Positions 38,139 through 49,127 of a stretch of 57,156 nucleotides of DNA are shown here, one piece after another. Source of the DNA: an uncultured archaeon. GTDB taxonomy: Archaea > Thermoplasmatota > Poseidoniia > MGIII > CG-Epi1. A program made the position numbers and the translations under genes. How positions within the stretch are numbered: the first letter of the stretch is position 1; the number at the start of each line of letters is the position of its first letter. Location: NCBI GenBank assembly GCA_964578995.1, contig CAZOEZ010000003.1, positions 1-57,156 on the forward strand, given 5' to 3'. The notes beneath the pieces were generated by a model. It worked only from the letters and a program-made list of their open reading frames with translations. It was not told the origin of the DNA and made no database searches.

Positions 38139-38855
38139 ATGATTAAAGTTACCGGCTTAACCAAATATTATGGAGGTAAGCCTGCGGCCAAGGATATCTC
38201 CTTTGAAGTGAAGAAAGGAGAAGTATTTGGGTTATTGGGTACAAATGGGGCAGGAAAATCAACGACTATCAAGATGCTGTGTGGGCTCTTAAAACCAACA
38301 AGGGGCTCTATTCGAATAGGAAATATAGATTTACAAAGAATGCCTTTGAAAGCAAAATCCATGATGGGATACCTACCTGAAAATCCACTAATTTATGACA
38401 AACTTACGGGAGCTGAAACATTAGAACTAATAGGAAAACTTAGGAAACTTTCAATTGATATGATTGAACAACGAGTGAAATATTATGCAGATACTCTAGG
38501 TTTAGGAGAACAGATTTACCATGAAGTTGGCACTTATTCAAAAGGAATGCGCCAGAAACTGGCTATTGCTATGACGTTAATACATGATCCTGAAATGGTC
38601 TTGTTGGATGAACCTGCAAGTGGCCTTGACCCCAGATATACAAAACTTTTGAAGGATTGGATAAAAAATCTATCGGCCAATGGTAGAACTGTTTTGCTAT
38701 CTACGCACATAATCGAAATGGCAGAAACTTTATGCGATAAAATAGGAATAATTGATCAAGGTAAAATGAAAGCAATGGGTACTGTACAAGAAATACAGAA
38801 TAGTACTGGTGTAAGCAACCTAGAAGATGCATTTATTCGATTAATTAGTATCTAA
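38139..38855 (+). CDS. ABC-2 type transporter ATP-binding protein
   Basis: GTNGAGKST, YSKGMRQK, LLDEP, STH. Confidence 0.95.
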   Translation: MIKVTGLTKYYGGKPAAKDISFEVKKGEVFGLLGTNGAGKSTTIKMLCGLLKPTRGSIRIGNIDLQRMPLKAKSMMGYLPENPLIYDKLTGAETLELIGKLRKLSIDMIEQRVKYYADTLGLGEQIYHEVGTYSKGMRQKLAIAMTLIHDPEMVLLDEPASGLDPRYTKLLKDWIKNLSANGRTVLLSTHIIEMAETLCDKIGIIDQGKMKAMGTVQEIQNSTGVSNLEDAFIRLISI

Positions 38856-39494
38856 CTAATAAGAGACTCTGTTGGATCTACGCTTACACTCATCAATAAT
38901 TCTTTGAGCCCAAACGAGTTTCTCTATTTTTCTAGGACTATATTCACCTGAAAAAGAACCGACTTTATTGAAATCAAAGCCCAATAATTTTATCGAAGCA
39001 CAACCTAATGATAAACTCATCATTGTGGCTCTATCACCATCAGTAAAACCACCCCAGCAAAAAGTACTGTCTGATGGATAAGTAGATGTCATACATATAG
39101 GATTTAACTTGGCTGAATACTGATGTACTCGGGAAATATTATCTCCATGTGCATGTATGATTATCTTAGATCCGTTTTGTGTAGCCCAAAGCATATCTGG
39201 AAGATAGCCATCCAGATCACTTATTATTAATTCAGGAATAATGTCCTTCTCCAAACAAGCCCTTAGCGCTCCATCGGCTACTATTAAAGATGAATTAGGA
39301 ATTAAAAGTGAGTGATTGATTGCCGCTCCAATCAAAACCAAATCACGGCCTCTAAAATAGTGAGAAATTGACGTTTTTAAGAAATCCGAATGAGCAACCA
39401 TGCGTGTTGCAACTTTTTCCCTAATACGTGAAAAATTGAACTGTGTATTTATCTGGTCCTGAAATTCCCACCACCAATCTATGTCAAAAGTCAT
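38856..39494 (-). CDS. mptE: 6-hydroxymethylpterin diphosphokinase MptE-like (DUF115)
   Basis: VADGA, SDLDG, HAHGDN, GGFTDGDRA, LGFDF, KLVWA. Confidence 0.88.
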   Translation of the reverse strand: MTFDIDWWWEFQDQINTQFNFSRIREKVATRMVAHSDFLKTSISHYFRGRDLVLIGAAINHSLLIPNSSLIVADGALRACLEKDIIPELIISDLDGYLPDMLWATQNGSKIIIHAHGDNISRVHQYSAKLNPICMTSTYPSDSTFCWGGFTDGDRATMMSLSLGCASIKLLGFDFNKVGSFSGEYSPRKIEKLVWAQRIIDECKRRSNRVSY

Positions 39495-39538
39495 ATGACT
39501 ATACCAAAGCTTCTGACAAGGTACTTTTGACTTTCCCT

Positions 39539-42500
39539 TTAAAGAGCGTTGCCGTCTTCGTCGCAGGGTACTTCTTCGCCTGTATCTGGATCTATATAGT
39601 AGAATGAACCATCTTCATCCTCATATATTTCGACTTCATACTCATCGTCGCCACCATCAAGGTCACCAAAGTCACCAAAGTCTGCTCCACCTACAGAACC
39701 ACCTGAAGCTGCTGCACTCAATAAATTCATGATGTTGTTCTCAACTGCTGCTGCGTCTCTAGCTTCAGCAGAGGTTTGAAGTGCATCAATTTTACGCTTG
39801 GTAGTTTCATACGACTCTGTCATTTCAGTTAATTTCTCTAACTGCTCGTCTCGTTCCATCTTTAATATATGAGCCAGTTGCTCTTCTATTTTAGATAGTT
39901 CACCACGTGCATTAACAAGTCTGCCTAATGCGTCATGGAATCTCTCAGCTACCATTTCGATATCTGGGTCTTCCAAGTCTAATTGCATTTGCTCTTCTTC
40001 CTTTTGCTTGGTTTCTTCAGCTGCTTCAAGTTCTCTGAGCTTGTCTTCAGCTGCTATTTCCTGGGCCTTTACCAGGATCTCGTTGAAAGCTGAAAGATGT
40101 TCTTCCAGCTTTGTAGCCGCTCGGGATGCGTCATAAGCGGAGACTTCCAATAGTTCTTCACGCTCTGACAAACTCTCCATGCGGCGCTCTACACTTTCCA
40201 ATCTTTGTCGGTCTCTGTCGTTCATTTCTTCATCTCCTGCTATTTCACCTTGTAGCATCTTGAAGGAAGTTCCTGAAAGGACTACGCCTAACAAGAAAAA
40301 TCCAATAAGCACTATTAGGTTGTAAAGGTAAGAATTATCTCCCATTGTAACCGTGCGGTCGCCTACATCTATTGTTGTAGTTTGTATTGTACTATCACCT
40401 GAATTATCATACGCTGTTGCCGATATCGTGTACTCACCAGCTTCCGTATAATCGTGAGTAGTTGCCACAGCAGATTTACCTGCCAAGGCTGAACTGTCAA
40501 AAGTAAATGTGGTCCCATCACCCCAGTCTATAACCAAGTGAGTAACAGTTCCATCTCTATCAGTTGGCACAGTAAAAGAGAATGATTGCTCAGTTTGGGC
40601 TATAGTGTCTGTTGGAGCCATTGGTACCGTAACTGAAGGTGCTGCATTAGCTATAGTGGTAGAGAATGTATGTGTTCCAGTCATACCATTAGCGTCTGTA
40701 GCAGTCATTGTAGTAAAGAACGTTCCAGCATTAGTGTATTCGCCATTGTCAAATCCACCGGCTGCATCAGTTACACAAGTAATTCCTGTATTCCCACAAT
40801 CATCAGTATTTGTTGTTAAAAGTGCTGAATTGAATTCTCTAGCCGTTATTGCAAAAGTATGTGAAACTGCTATTCCATCCACTGCATCTGACATCGAAAA
40901 GGATACATCACCAGTTGCTGCTGCGTGAACTGTAAAAGATAAAGTACCACTCTGACCAGCACCTAGGGAAATCACAGAAGTGTCAAAACTTAATGCATCA
41001 TCCATTGCAACAACTGCAAAATCAGCTGCGACACCCGTATTAGTTATCGTAACAGTACCGCTACTAGTATCTCCTTTGTTTATGGTATATCCAGATTCGC
41101 CAGTAATTGAAGCTGAACGTGTATTGTCTGCTACTGTCATAGTGTATGCTGCGCCTGCATCATCAGAAACACCCCCCCCACCAGTCACATGTGCAGCTAT
41201 TGTTGAAGATGAGCCACTAGGTGCATCATCAGGCACTGTGATAGTTGCTGTTGCCGTTCCAATATCACCTGCTGCCAAATCTGATAACGTAGTTCCTGAA
41301 CTGGCTGACATCCAAGATGCATCAAAGAAGACTGAAAAATCATCATTACCATTACCACCATTAGTTACAGTATAACTAATAGTAAAACTATCTCCTGGAT
41401 TCAATGTAGAACCTTGATTACTAGTTCCGAAAGAAATAGAAGCTCCATACGTTTGTTCAGCGGTAGTAGTTGCAGTACCTCCAGATCCATCAGGGAAACC
41501 TCCGCCTGCATTAAATGTAATAGTGTCGCTATCGGTTGCACCCGCATCCTCATGAACTGTGTGAGTTACTACAACTGTTTCTGAAGCACCCATAGCTAAT
41601 GTGGCTGTAGTACCTGAACCACCAGCAAGACCCCAATTACCTGCAGAACTTGTTTCATAAGTAAATGCTTCATCTCCATTACCAGTATTAGTTATAACAA
41701 ATGAATAGGTTACTTGACCATTCGGAACTTCTGAACCTTCGTCGGTTCCTATCGATACTGAAACATCAGATTTGAAAAGAACTGTTGTTGTGCCTGAATG
41801 ACTGCCTGTTGTTGAGTTATCATTACCTGCTTCAACATCCATTGACCAATGGTCAACAGTGCCAGTAGCTGCATTAGGCACATCCCAAGTTATTGTAAAG
41901 TCCTCAGATTCATCTTTACCGACTGTAACAACTCCATCATAAGTTCCAACCCAACCATTCTCACTTGTTGCAGATATAGTAAATGTATCTTCATAATTAC
42001 CATTATTAGCGATAGTAAACTCATAAACACCAGAACCGGGCTGGAAAGAATCATCTGCTGGGCTTGTCATTACAAAGTCACTTGTTTTCGTTACATCTAT
42101 GCTCTGAGAAAAACCATCTGAGGATTCATCACCCCATGAATCAACTACTCGGAAAGTTATTGAACGCTCACCACCCATTTGACCTATAATGGCTGATTCA
42201 GCGACCGTAAGTGTACAACTGCCAGCATCACAAGTCATTTCTTTTTCTTCTGTGTCAAATTCTATTGAAGCATAAACTGAAAAAGAATCGCCATCATCTG
42301 AATTGGCATCGGTTGCATTAACTGTAAGCACAAAGGCATCAAAAACTCTTGTTGCAGACCCGTTACTTAGTGTTGGCCAATCATTTATCTTAATTGAAGA
42401 ACCTGCTAAATCAGTAGCACTGGCTACAGTATTATTTGCTGAGAAAGTGACCGGTTGTGAACTGTTAGAAGACCATGGAACTGTATTGTTGAATGAATAA

Positions 42501-43459
42501 ATAACTCCATTCTTACATAAAGAACTACCTGCACCTGCTGACATAGGACTTCCACCATCTGAATTAACATCGACCGTTACACTTGGTGTTCCAGTCGTGC
42601 TTTCGTCAAAAACACAAGAAATCACTGAAAACGTAATGGTGTCATCTTCTCCTGCAATTGTAGGTGAGACTGAAGGGTTCTTCAACCACGGAGTTGTTGT
42701 ATCTACTACAAAAGTCGTATCTTGATCCTCTTCTGCATCATCACCTGCAGAATCTGTTGCACTTACTGTGACTGTAAGTGTACCTCCAAGCTCAGTTTCA
42801 AAATCAGTACCATAAACAGCCCCAGTAGAATCCTCTCCTGATTGTTTGGATAAACTATGACCCGTCTCACAAGTATCACTTTCATCACAAACTGTTGCTG
42901 TTACAATTCCTGCATGTCCATCTACATCCGTGTACGTTATGGTCAAGCTGTAAGTATCTTCTGGCATTCCACCACCAGATACTGTCGCATTATCTGTAAG
43001 AACTGGTAGAGTATTGACTCTCACATTTGAATCATTTGTGCTGTCTTGTGCTGGCCAATGAACACCATCTTCGCTTTCATCATAAGATGCTATGAAACCA
43101 TATTTTATTGTTTCAGAACCAAGTGTTCCTACAAGACTACCAGCAGTAGGTAAAGTTCCAACTATTCCATAAGTTCCATCTGGATTTGAACCGTCACAGT
43201 CAAGACAGGATAACGGATGAGTAGTCGCCGTACCATCAAACCATGCTATAATTGCAAGATTTGTAATAGTCTCATCAGTATCGTCAAATGCAACAGTAAA
43301 TTGCATATCTTGTGCTGCATCAACTCTATTTGAATCATCAGGAAGCATTACTCCATCATTCAAAGTAGCTGCTTCAGCTCCATTCATAAACAAAGCCAAT
43401 GCGGCTAGTCCTATAGCGAACACGAATGCAATACGATTGCTTGTCATTTTATACACCAT
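39539..43459 (-). CDS. Large single-pass surface protein (Ig-like/PKD ectodomain, TM, cytoplasmic coiled coil)
   Basis: Signal peptide ending AEAA, Asp/Thr/Ser/Gly-rich repeats, IDWGDG..HDYTEAGEY PKD, TM near 40265-40325, Glu-rich tail. Confidence 0.85.
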   Translation of the reverse strand: MVYKMTSNRIAFVFAIGLAALALFMNGAEAATLNDGVMLPDDSNRVDAAQDMQFTVAFDDTDETITNLAIIAWFDGTATTHPLSCLDCDGSNPDGTYGIVGTLPTAGSLVGTLGSETIKYGFIASYDESEDGVHWPAQDSTNDSNVRVNTLPVLTDNATVSGGGMPEDTYSLTITYTDVDGHAGIVTATVCDESDTCETGHSLSKQSGEDSTGAVYGTDFETELGGTLTVTVSATDSAGDDAEEDQDTTFVVDTTTPWLKNPSVSPTIAGEDDTITFSVISCVFDESTTGTPSVTVDVNSDGGSPMSAGAGSSLCKNGVIYSFNNTVPWSSNSSQPVTFSANNTVASATDLAGSSIKINDWPTLSNGSATRVFDAFVLTVNATDANSDDGDSFSVYASIEFDTEEKEMTCDAGSCTLTVAESAIIGQMGGERSITFRVVDSWGDESSDGFSQSIDVTKTSDFVMTSPADDSFQPGSGVYEFTIANNGNYEDTFTISATSENGWVGTYDGVVTVGKDESEDFTITWDVPNAATGTVDHWSMDVEAGNDNSTTGSHSGTTTVLFKSDVSVSIGTDEGSEVPNGQVTYSFVITNTGNGDEAFTYETSSAGNWGLAGGSGTTATLAMGASETVVVTHTVHEDAGATDSDTITFNAGGGFPDGSGGTATTTAEQTYGASISFGTSNQGSTLNPGDSFTISYTVTNGGNGNDDFSVFFDASWMSASSGTTLSDLAAGDIGTATATITVPDDAPSGSSSTIAAHVTGGGGVSDDAGAAYTMTVADNTRSASITGESGYTINKGDTSSGTVTITNTGVAADFAVVAMDDALSFDTSVISLGAGQSGTLSFTVHAAATGDVSFSMSDAVDGIAVSHTFAITAREFNSALLTTNTDDCGNTGITCVTDAAGGFDNGEYTNAGTFFTTMTATDANGMTGTHTFSTTIANAAPSVTVPMAPTDTIAQTEQSFSFTVPTDRDGTVTHLVIDWGDGTTFTFDSSALAGKSAVATTHDYTEAGEYTISATAYDNSGDSTIQTTTIDVGDRTVTMGDNSYLYNLIVLIGFFLLGVVLSGTSFKMLQGEIAGDEEMNDRDRQRLESVERRMESLSEREELLEVSAYDASRAATKLEEHLSAFNEILVKAQEIAAEDKLRELEAAEETKQKEEEQMQLDLEDPDIEMVAERFHDALGRLVNARGELSKIEEQLAHILKMERDEQLEKLTEMTESYETTKRKIDALQTSAEARDAAAVENNIMNLLSAAASGGSVGGADFGDFGDLDGGDDEYEVEIYEDEDGSFYYIDPDTGEEVPCDEDGNAL

Positions 43460-43535
43460 TTGCGAAAGACCAAAAGTATCCCTTTGGCAATTTAGCCAAA
43501 TAACACTCAAAGTCAGTGCATTACCACAATCCCGC

Positions 43536-43545
43536 TTTATATAAA
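43536..43545. promoter_or_regulatory. Palindromic TATA box between divergent genes
   Basis: TTTATATAAA is its own reverse complement. Confidence 0.55.
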
Positions 43546-43589
43546 TTTATTTGTTAAAAGAAATAGCAGAACAACAGATAAATAACACA

Positions 43590-45032
43590 ATGTCTCACAA
43601 CGATAAACCCATGTTAAGTGAGTCTATTTTTGACCTAGTGATTTCAGGCCCTGTGATATGCATTGCATCTTCAGAAGACGGAAGTAGGATTGCAATCGGT
43701 GACCGTAACGGCACACTAACACTATCTGACAACACAGGGGCTGTAATATGGGAAAAACAAATTGATGAAGGAATACATGGCCTAGCAATAATCGGAAATG
43801 GAAACAAAGTGATTTGCGGGGGAAAAGACTGTAAACTTAGAATGTTCAACTCATTAGGAAGTGTGGAATGGGAACAAACTATTGGAAAATCCATATGGTC
43901 ATTGGCCGTAGATCCCAATGGGCAATTCATTGTTATTGGTACTGGGGACTCAATTTCCTTATTTACAGAAGGTGGGTTACAGGTTTGGGAATACCCTACA
44001 AACAGAGCTATGGTTGGTACTGGAATATCCAGAAACGGAACCACAATTATGGGATGTGGTGATGAATATCTGTATTGTTTAGATAATGATGGAAATCTAT
44101 TTTGGGAGAAGCAAAGAAGTGATTCGCTTTGGGATGTCTCCGTAGACAAAGATGGTGAAAGAATCTTTATTGGTGGCTGGGATGAAAAAATACATAGTCT
44201 GGATAGAGAAGGAAATGAATTATGGAATTACCAAACAGGGGGATATGTAAGAGCTGTAGAACCTTTGGATGAAGGGGGAGTGATTGCTGGTTCACATGAT
44301 GGTCATGTATATCATCTTTCAAACACAGGAGAAATCTTAGGGAAATTTCAGGCAGATGGAGAAATTACTTGTGTATGTGCTTCAAAACAAATAGACATTG
44401 TAATTGCTGGATTGGCTAACAAAATCAGTGGATTCAAAATTAATCCTAATGCTATGCCTATAGAAATAAACACTGAACCAACTCCGATGGAAAACACCCC
44501 TACTAAAATACAAGAAAAAACCGAAGACAATTATGAACCTATGTTTGGCGTAGGAATGTTTGATGAACCAATACCTGATACAACAGGAATAATAGCAAGG
44601 GATGAAAGTCCGAGTAGCAACTACAATAACGAAACAGAAAAAACAACCAACTACAACAACTATTACAGTCAAACCAACTATTCGAATGAGGGGGGGGAAT
44701 ACAGGGAATTTGCTTCAGAGGTTGTAAAAGGGGATGTTAAGAATTATCTTAGGTTAGGCAATTCAGCATGGATTGAGAAACGACTTGAAAGGGCAGCTGA
44801 ACATTACAAGCGTGCGACGGAAATTGATCCAGATGAACCAAGAGCATGGCATAACCTTGCTATATGCAACTACCATCTTGCTCTAAAAAGAAATCCTGAA
44901 AATATTAAGGGCGCTGTCCAAAGCGCCTATGCCTCGCTAGAAATGGCTAAAGAAAAAGGTGGAACTGAGTACAACGCACCTGACAAAACGTTAGCATATT
45001 TCGCATCACAATTAGGTTTAAAAGAAGATTGA
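43590..45032 (+). CDS. WD40/PQQ-like beta-propeller protein with C-terminal TPR
   Basis: About seven 40-aa blades (G..WE), low-complexity linker, TPR HYKRATEIDPDEPRAWHNLA. Confidence 0.85.
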   Translation: MSHNDKPMLSESIFDLVISGPVICIASSEDGSRIAIGDRNGTLTLSDNTGAVIWEKQIDEGIHGLAIIGNGNKVICGGKDCKLRMFNSLGSVEWEQTIGKSIWSLAVDPNGQFIVIGTGDSISLFTEGGLQVWEYPTNRAMVGTGISRNGTTIMGCGDEYLYCLDNDGNLFWEKQRSDSLWDVSVDKDGERIFIGGWDEKIHSLDREGNELWNYQTGGYVRAVEPLDEGGVIAGSHDGHVYHLSNTGEILGKFQADGEITCVCASKQIDIVIAGLANKISGFKINPNAMPIEINTEPTPMENTPTKIQEKTEDNYEPMFGVGMFDEPIPDTTGIIARDESPSSNYNNETEKTTNYNNYYSQTNYSNEGGEYREFASEVVKGDVKNYLRLGNSAWIEKRLERAAEHYKRATEIDPDEPRAWHNLAICNYHLALKRNPENIKGAVQSAYASLEMAKEKGGTEYNAPDKTLAYFASQLGLKED

Positions 45033-45036
45033 ATCT

Positions 45037-46155
45037 CTATAATTCTATTATCGTTCCTAAATAGTATGTGTATTCTACGAACAAGACCCAATCATTGCCA
45101 TCATCTATATTCTCTAATATTTCAGGAATTATAGATGGTGCATTATTACAAGCAATAGTAGTATCCCATACGCCTTGCCCTTTTGCGCTAGTATAACCAC
45201 TCTGGAAAAGATAAGCATTTACTTCTTCAATACTTCCAAATGATAATACTAGATTTTCTGGAATGGATTCTAAAACATCAAAATCCAACATTATTTCTCC
45301 AGAAGTACTATTTTCAGTTAGGTTTACCAGATAATTGGTAGCAACTGATAACGAAAATTCATCAGGTCTAAGGGTTCCAAGAAGAGAATCTTCAGAATCT
45401 GCTTCTTCATCCTCACTCCACTGAATAAGGTATGATGCACTTGTAAGATTGTAAGGATAAGTGTGTGTCAAAGGAGTTGTATCTCCTTCAGCAGTATACC
45501 CTGCCAAACCTGAACCACTAGATGGAACTGTAACTGTTTGTTCTGAGAAGCTTATACTGTAAGTACGGATTATGACCATTATCCAAGTTTGAGCTGTGCT
45601 TGATAGATTACCATTATCACGAACTACCAAAGTTACTGTAAAATTGCCCACACTTTCATAAAAATGATTTGGGCGAATTCCTTCCCCTGTAGTGCCATCG
45701 CCAAAATCCCACTCAAAGGAAAGGACATCACCATCAGGATCACTTGATGAACCACCATCAAAGAAGGCTAGACTATTCACCTTTATTGTCTGACCTATGC
45801 CTCCATATGTAGACTCCAGACTTGCCACAGGCTGCTCATTACGGTGTAAAATATTTATTTGTGACTTGGCAACACCTATACTCCCTTGACTATCTATAAC
45901 AGTCAAAGTAATGGTATACTGTCCTTCATCTATGTAAACGTGGTTAACAATTTCACCAGTGCCACCCAACTCATCCCCAAAGTCCCATAGGTATTGAGCC
46001 CCATTGGGTTTTACGCCATGGGCTCTAAACTCAACTTGGTCGCCTTCAACAACCTCTACAGGAGACAGAATTTCAATACCTTTTAACTCCTCAGGAGACG
46101 TATCCAAACAACCCGGAATCAGCACCAAAATTGCTATGACTAGAGCTTTGCGCAC
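45037..46155 (-). CDS. PKD-domain lipoprotein
   Basis: LVLIPGC lipobox, two WDFGD PKD domains. Confidence 0.85.
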   Translation of the reverse strand: MRKALVIAILVLIPGCLDTSPEELKGIEILSPVEVVEGDQVEFRAHGVKPNGAQYLWDFGDELGGTGEIVNHVYIDEGQYTITLTVIDSQGSIGVAKSQINILHRNEQPVASLESTYGGIGQTIKVNSLAFFDGGSSSDPDGDVLSFEWDFGDGTTGEGIRPNHFYESVGNFTVTLVVRDNGNLSSTAQTWIMVIIRTYSISFSEQTVTVPSSGSGLAGYTAEGDTTPLTHTYPYNLTSASYLIQWSEDEEADSEDSLLGTLRPDEFSLSVATNYLVNLTENSTSGEIMLDFDVLESIPENLVLSFGSIEEVNAYLFQSGYTSAKGQGVWDTTIACNNAPSIIPEILENIDDGNDWVLFVEYTYYLGTIIEL

Positions 46156-46242
46156 GGTGTGCTAAATACTGGACGTTTAATAATTACGCCACCTACCGAT
46201 ACTCTTTTTTACCATCAGAGACCGTGGCAACAAGGGAATTTT

Positions 46243-46956
46243 ATGCAAGCAGGACACATGGCCTATGACCGGGCTATTACAGTATTTTCGCCAGACGGGA
46301 GACTATTTCAGGTAGAATATGCTAGAGAAGCAGTAAAAAGAGGAACAACCACAGTTGGTGTTAAATTCAAAGATGGTGTTGTATTAATCGTTGACAAGAG
46401 ACTAAGTTCCAAACTGATTGAACCCAAAAGTATTGAAAAAATATTCAAAATTGATGGGCACATCGGTTGTGCAACCTCAGGACTAGTGGCTGATGCAAGA
46501 GCACTGGTTGATCGCGCAAGGGTTGAATGTCAAGTTAATTCATTCAACTATAGTGAAGATTTAGCCGTTGAGTCATTAGTTAAAAAATTGTGTGATTTTA
46601 AACAAAGTTACACTCAATATGGGGGAGTTCGACCCTTTGGAACCGCAATGCTAATAGGAGGCATAGATAGTTCGGGGCCTCATCTATACGAAACCGATCC
46701 TTCTGGCGCATTGATGGCTTACAAAGCAGGAGGAATTGGGGCTGGAAGAAACGAAGTTATGGAAGTCTTTGAAAAAGAATACAAGGATAATATGACTCAA
46801 AACCAAGCTATTAATTTAGGACTAAAAGGGCTTTCGGCTGCAAATGAGAATAATTTGAAAGCAGACGTTATTGAAATTGCTGTAGTGAACACTGGTAAAG
46901 GCTTTCATACATTAGATTCAAAAAGCGTAAGCGAGGCCGTAAAGAAAATTAAGTAA
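46243..46956 (+). CDS. psmA: Proteasome subunit alpha
   Basis: [27 protein letters not shown]. Confidence 0.97.
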   Translation: MQAGHMAYDRAITVFSPDGRLFQVEYAREAVKRGTTTVGVKFKDGVVLIVDKRLSSKLIEPKSIEKIFKIDGHIGCATSGLVADARALVDRARVECQVNSFNYSEDLAVESLVKKLCDFKQSYTQYGGVRPFGTAMLIGGIDSSGPHLYETDPSGALMAYKAGGIGAGRNEVMEVFEKEYKDNMTQNQAINLGLKGLSAANENNLKADVIEIAVVNTGKGFHTLDSKSVSEAVKKIK

Positions 46957-47648
46957 TGGTTTCTCTTGAAGACGCAGTTATAGCCAGATACGAAACTGGC
47001 GGTAACCGTTTCGAAATTTTGATTGATCCAAAAGCAGCTCAAAACTATAGCGAAGGTGATGAGATAGATTGGGAAGATGCCATCGCTGCTGACGGTATTT
47101 GGAGTGATAGTTCCAAAGGAGAAAGAACCCCCGATATCCTTGTAAACAACACCTTTGAGACGACAGATATGATAGAGATTTACAAGAGAATTTTGACTGA
47201 TGGGACCATTCAATTAACGTCTCAACAAAGAAAGGAAATGGTCGAGCAAAAACGAAAACAGATTGTAGCCCACATAGTTGCGAATGCAATGAACCCACAA
47301 ACCGGAGGACCTCATCCACCACAAAGGATAGAGAATGCAATCGATGAAGTCAGATATTCAGTAGATCCTATGGAAAATATGGATAAACAAATAGAAAAAA
47401 TAATAAAATCAATAAAAACATTAATTCCTATTTCATTCGAAAAGATACGTGTAGCCGTTAAAATTAAAGCAATACATGTCGGAAAATGCTATGGGCAAAT
47501 AACTAGTTTAAGTAAAATTGAAAGTGAAGAATATCAAAAAGATGGGAGCTGGATTGGAATGCTAGAAATGTCTGCCGCTTCATTCGCTAAGCTTGAAGAT
47601 GCCTTGGGTTCATTGACAAAGGGTACGGCTGAAACCAAAATGCTTTGA
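46956..47648 (+). CDS. Ribosome maturation factor SBDS/Sdo1
   Basis: [31 protein letters not shown], position in exosome operon. Confidence 0.95.
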   Translation: MVSLEDAVIARYETGGNRFEILIDPKAAQNYSEGDEIDWEDAIAADGIWSDSSKGERTPDILVNNTFETTDMIEIYKRILTDGTIQLTSQQRKEMVEQKRKQIVAHIVANAMNPQTGGPHPPQRIENAIDEVRYSVDPMENMDKQIEKIIKSIKTLIPISFEKIRVAVKIKAIHVGKCYGQITSLSKIESEEYQKDGSWIGMLEMSAASFAKLEDALGSLTKGTAETKML

Positions 47649-47719
47649 ATTAAAGAAATCTTCAAATAGGGGCGAGTTTGCGAAGGGTTGTATTAGAAGG
47701 AAAAAAAGGATGATTCATA

Positions 47720-48403
47720 ATGAGCGAAGAATCAAGTGATAAATCAAATAGCGAAAGCGCTAGAAAGTTAGTTTTACCTGGTGACCTTATGGAAACCAAG
47801 AGTAAACCTGGAAAAGGAATATTTCGAAGCGATGGAAGAATATATTCTTCCGTTTTAGGTCACTCACATGACAAATCTGGTTACATTAATGTAAATGCTA
47901 TAACTGGAAGATATAAACCTAAAACTGGGGACAAAATTGTAGCAATATGTGCCGAAACCGGACCGTCTATATGGCGTATGGATATTGGTTCTGCATTTAA
48001 CTCTACATTACACCACAGTGAGTCTGGTTGGAAAGTTCCATTTGGAGATACTGCTAGATTTTTAGCAATTGGAGATGCTATATGGGCTGAAGTTTTTATG
48101 GTAGATGCTGCAGGTTCACACCAAATTAGCCTGAAAAAAGATGATTGTAGAAAATTATATTCTGGCACTATTGTAAAGATAGACCCAACAAATGTTCCTC
48201 GTGTTATTGGTAAGCAAGGATCAATGATTACAGCAATTCGTGAAAAAACTCAAACTAGAATCCAAATTGGGCAGAATGGTTACATTTGGATAGATGGAAA
48301 GGGTGAAGATATTGCATTAGCCCAAAAAGCAATCGAAACAATAAATCAAGAAGCAACTTCTAAAGGATTAACAAAGAAAATAGAAAAATTACTGGAGAAA
48401 TAA
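47720..48403 (+). CDS. rrp4: Exosome RNA-binding subunit Rrp4
   Basis: LVLPGD, S1 region, KH VPRVIGKQGSMI, GQNGYIW. Confidence 0.95.
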   Translation: MSEESSDKSNSESARKLVLPGDLMETKSKPGKGIFRSDGRIYSSVLGHSHDKSGYINVNAITGRYKPKTGDKIVAICAETGPSIWRMDIGSAFNSTLHHSESGWKVPFGDTARFLAIGDAIWAEVFMVDAAGSHQISLKKDDCRKLYSGTIVKIDPTNVPRVIGKQGSMITAIREKTQTRIQIGQNGYIWIDGKGEDIALAQKAIETINQEATSKGLTKKIEKLLEK

Positions 48404-48404
48404 A

Positions 48405-49127
48405 ATGGCAGGCCAAACTGATATGGAATTAATAAAAAATGGAGTCCGACTAGACGGAAGAAAACCCGATGAACTAAGAGAAGTCAAGATTGTCGCAGGA
48501 GTTTTAGACAATGCTGATGGATCTTGTTATCTTGAATGGGGAAATAACAAGGTTTATGCTGGAGTTTTTGGACCTATGGAATGTCACCCTAGGCACAAAC
48601 AGAAAGCAGATCGAGCAATAGTACAAGCGAGATACACTATGGCACCTTTTAGTGTAAATGACAGGAAAAGACCCGGACTTGACAGACGATCGACTGAAAT
48701 TTCTTACATAGCTTCTCAAGCTTTTGAGAAAGTTGTAATGGTTGAAGAATTTCCAAAGGCATCAATTAGAGTCGATATGCAAGTTGTAGAGGCTCATGCA
48801 GGTACAAGATGTGCGGCAATCACAGCTGCATCGGTAGCCTTAGCTGACGCTGGAATACCTATGAGAGATATGATTCCTGCGTGTGCTTCTGGAAAAGTAA
48901 ATGATGTCGTCGTACTCGACTTAAACAAAGAAGAAGATAATTATGGCCAGGCTGATTTACCATTAGCAATCATCCCAAGTACAGGCGAAGTTGTTTTACT
49001 GCAATTGGACGGGCATCTAACACCTGATGAATTTGAACAAGCCATGGATTTAGCTACGAGCGGATGTATGGACTTGTATGAAAAAATGAGGAGTGCACTT
49101 GACAACCGATATGGAGGAAGCGCATGA
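48405..49127 (+). CDS. rrp41: Exosome catalytic subunit Rrp41
   Basis: RLDGRKPDELR, DRRSTEIS, AGTRCA, DLNKEED. Confidence 0.96.
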   Translation: MAGQTDMELIKNGVRLDGRKPDELREVKIVAGVLDNADGSCYLEWGNNKVYAGVFGPMECHPRHKQKADRAIVQARYTMAPFSVNDRKRPGLDRRSTEISYIASQAFEKVVMVEEFPKASIRVDMQVVEAHAGTRCAAITAASVALADAGIPMRDMIPACASGKVNDVVVLDLNKEEDNYGQADLPLAIIPSTGEVVLLQLDGHLTPDEFEQAMDLATSGCMDLYEKMRSALDNRYGGSA

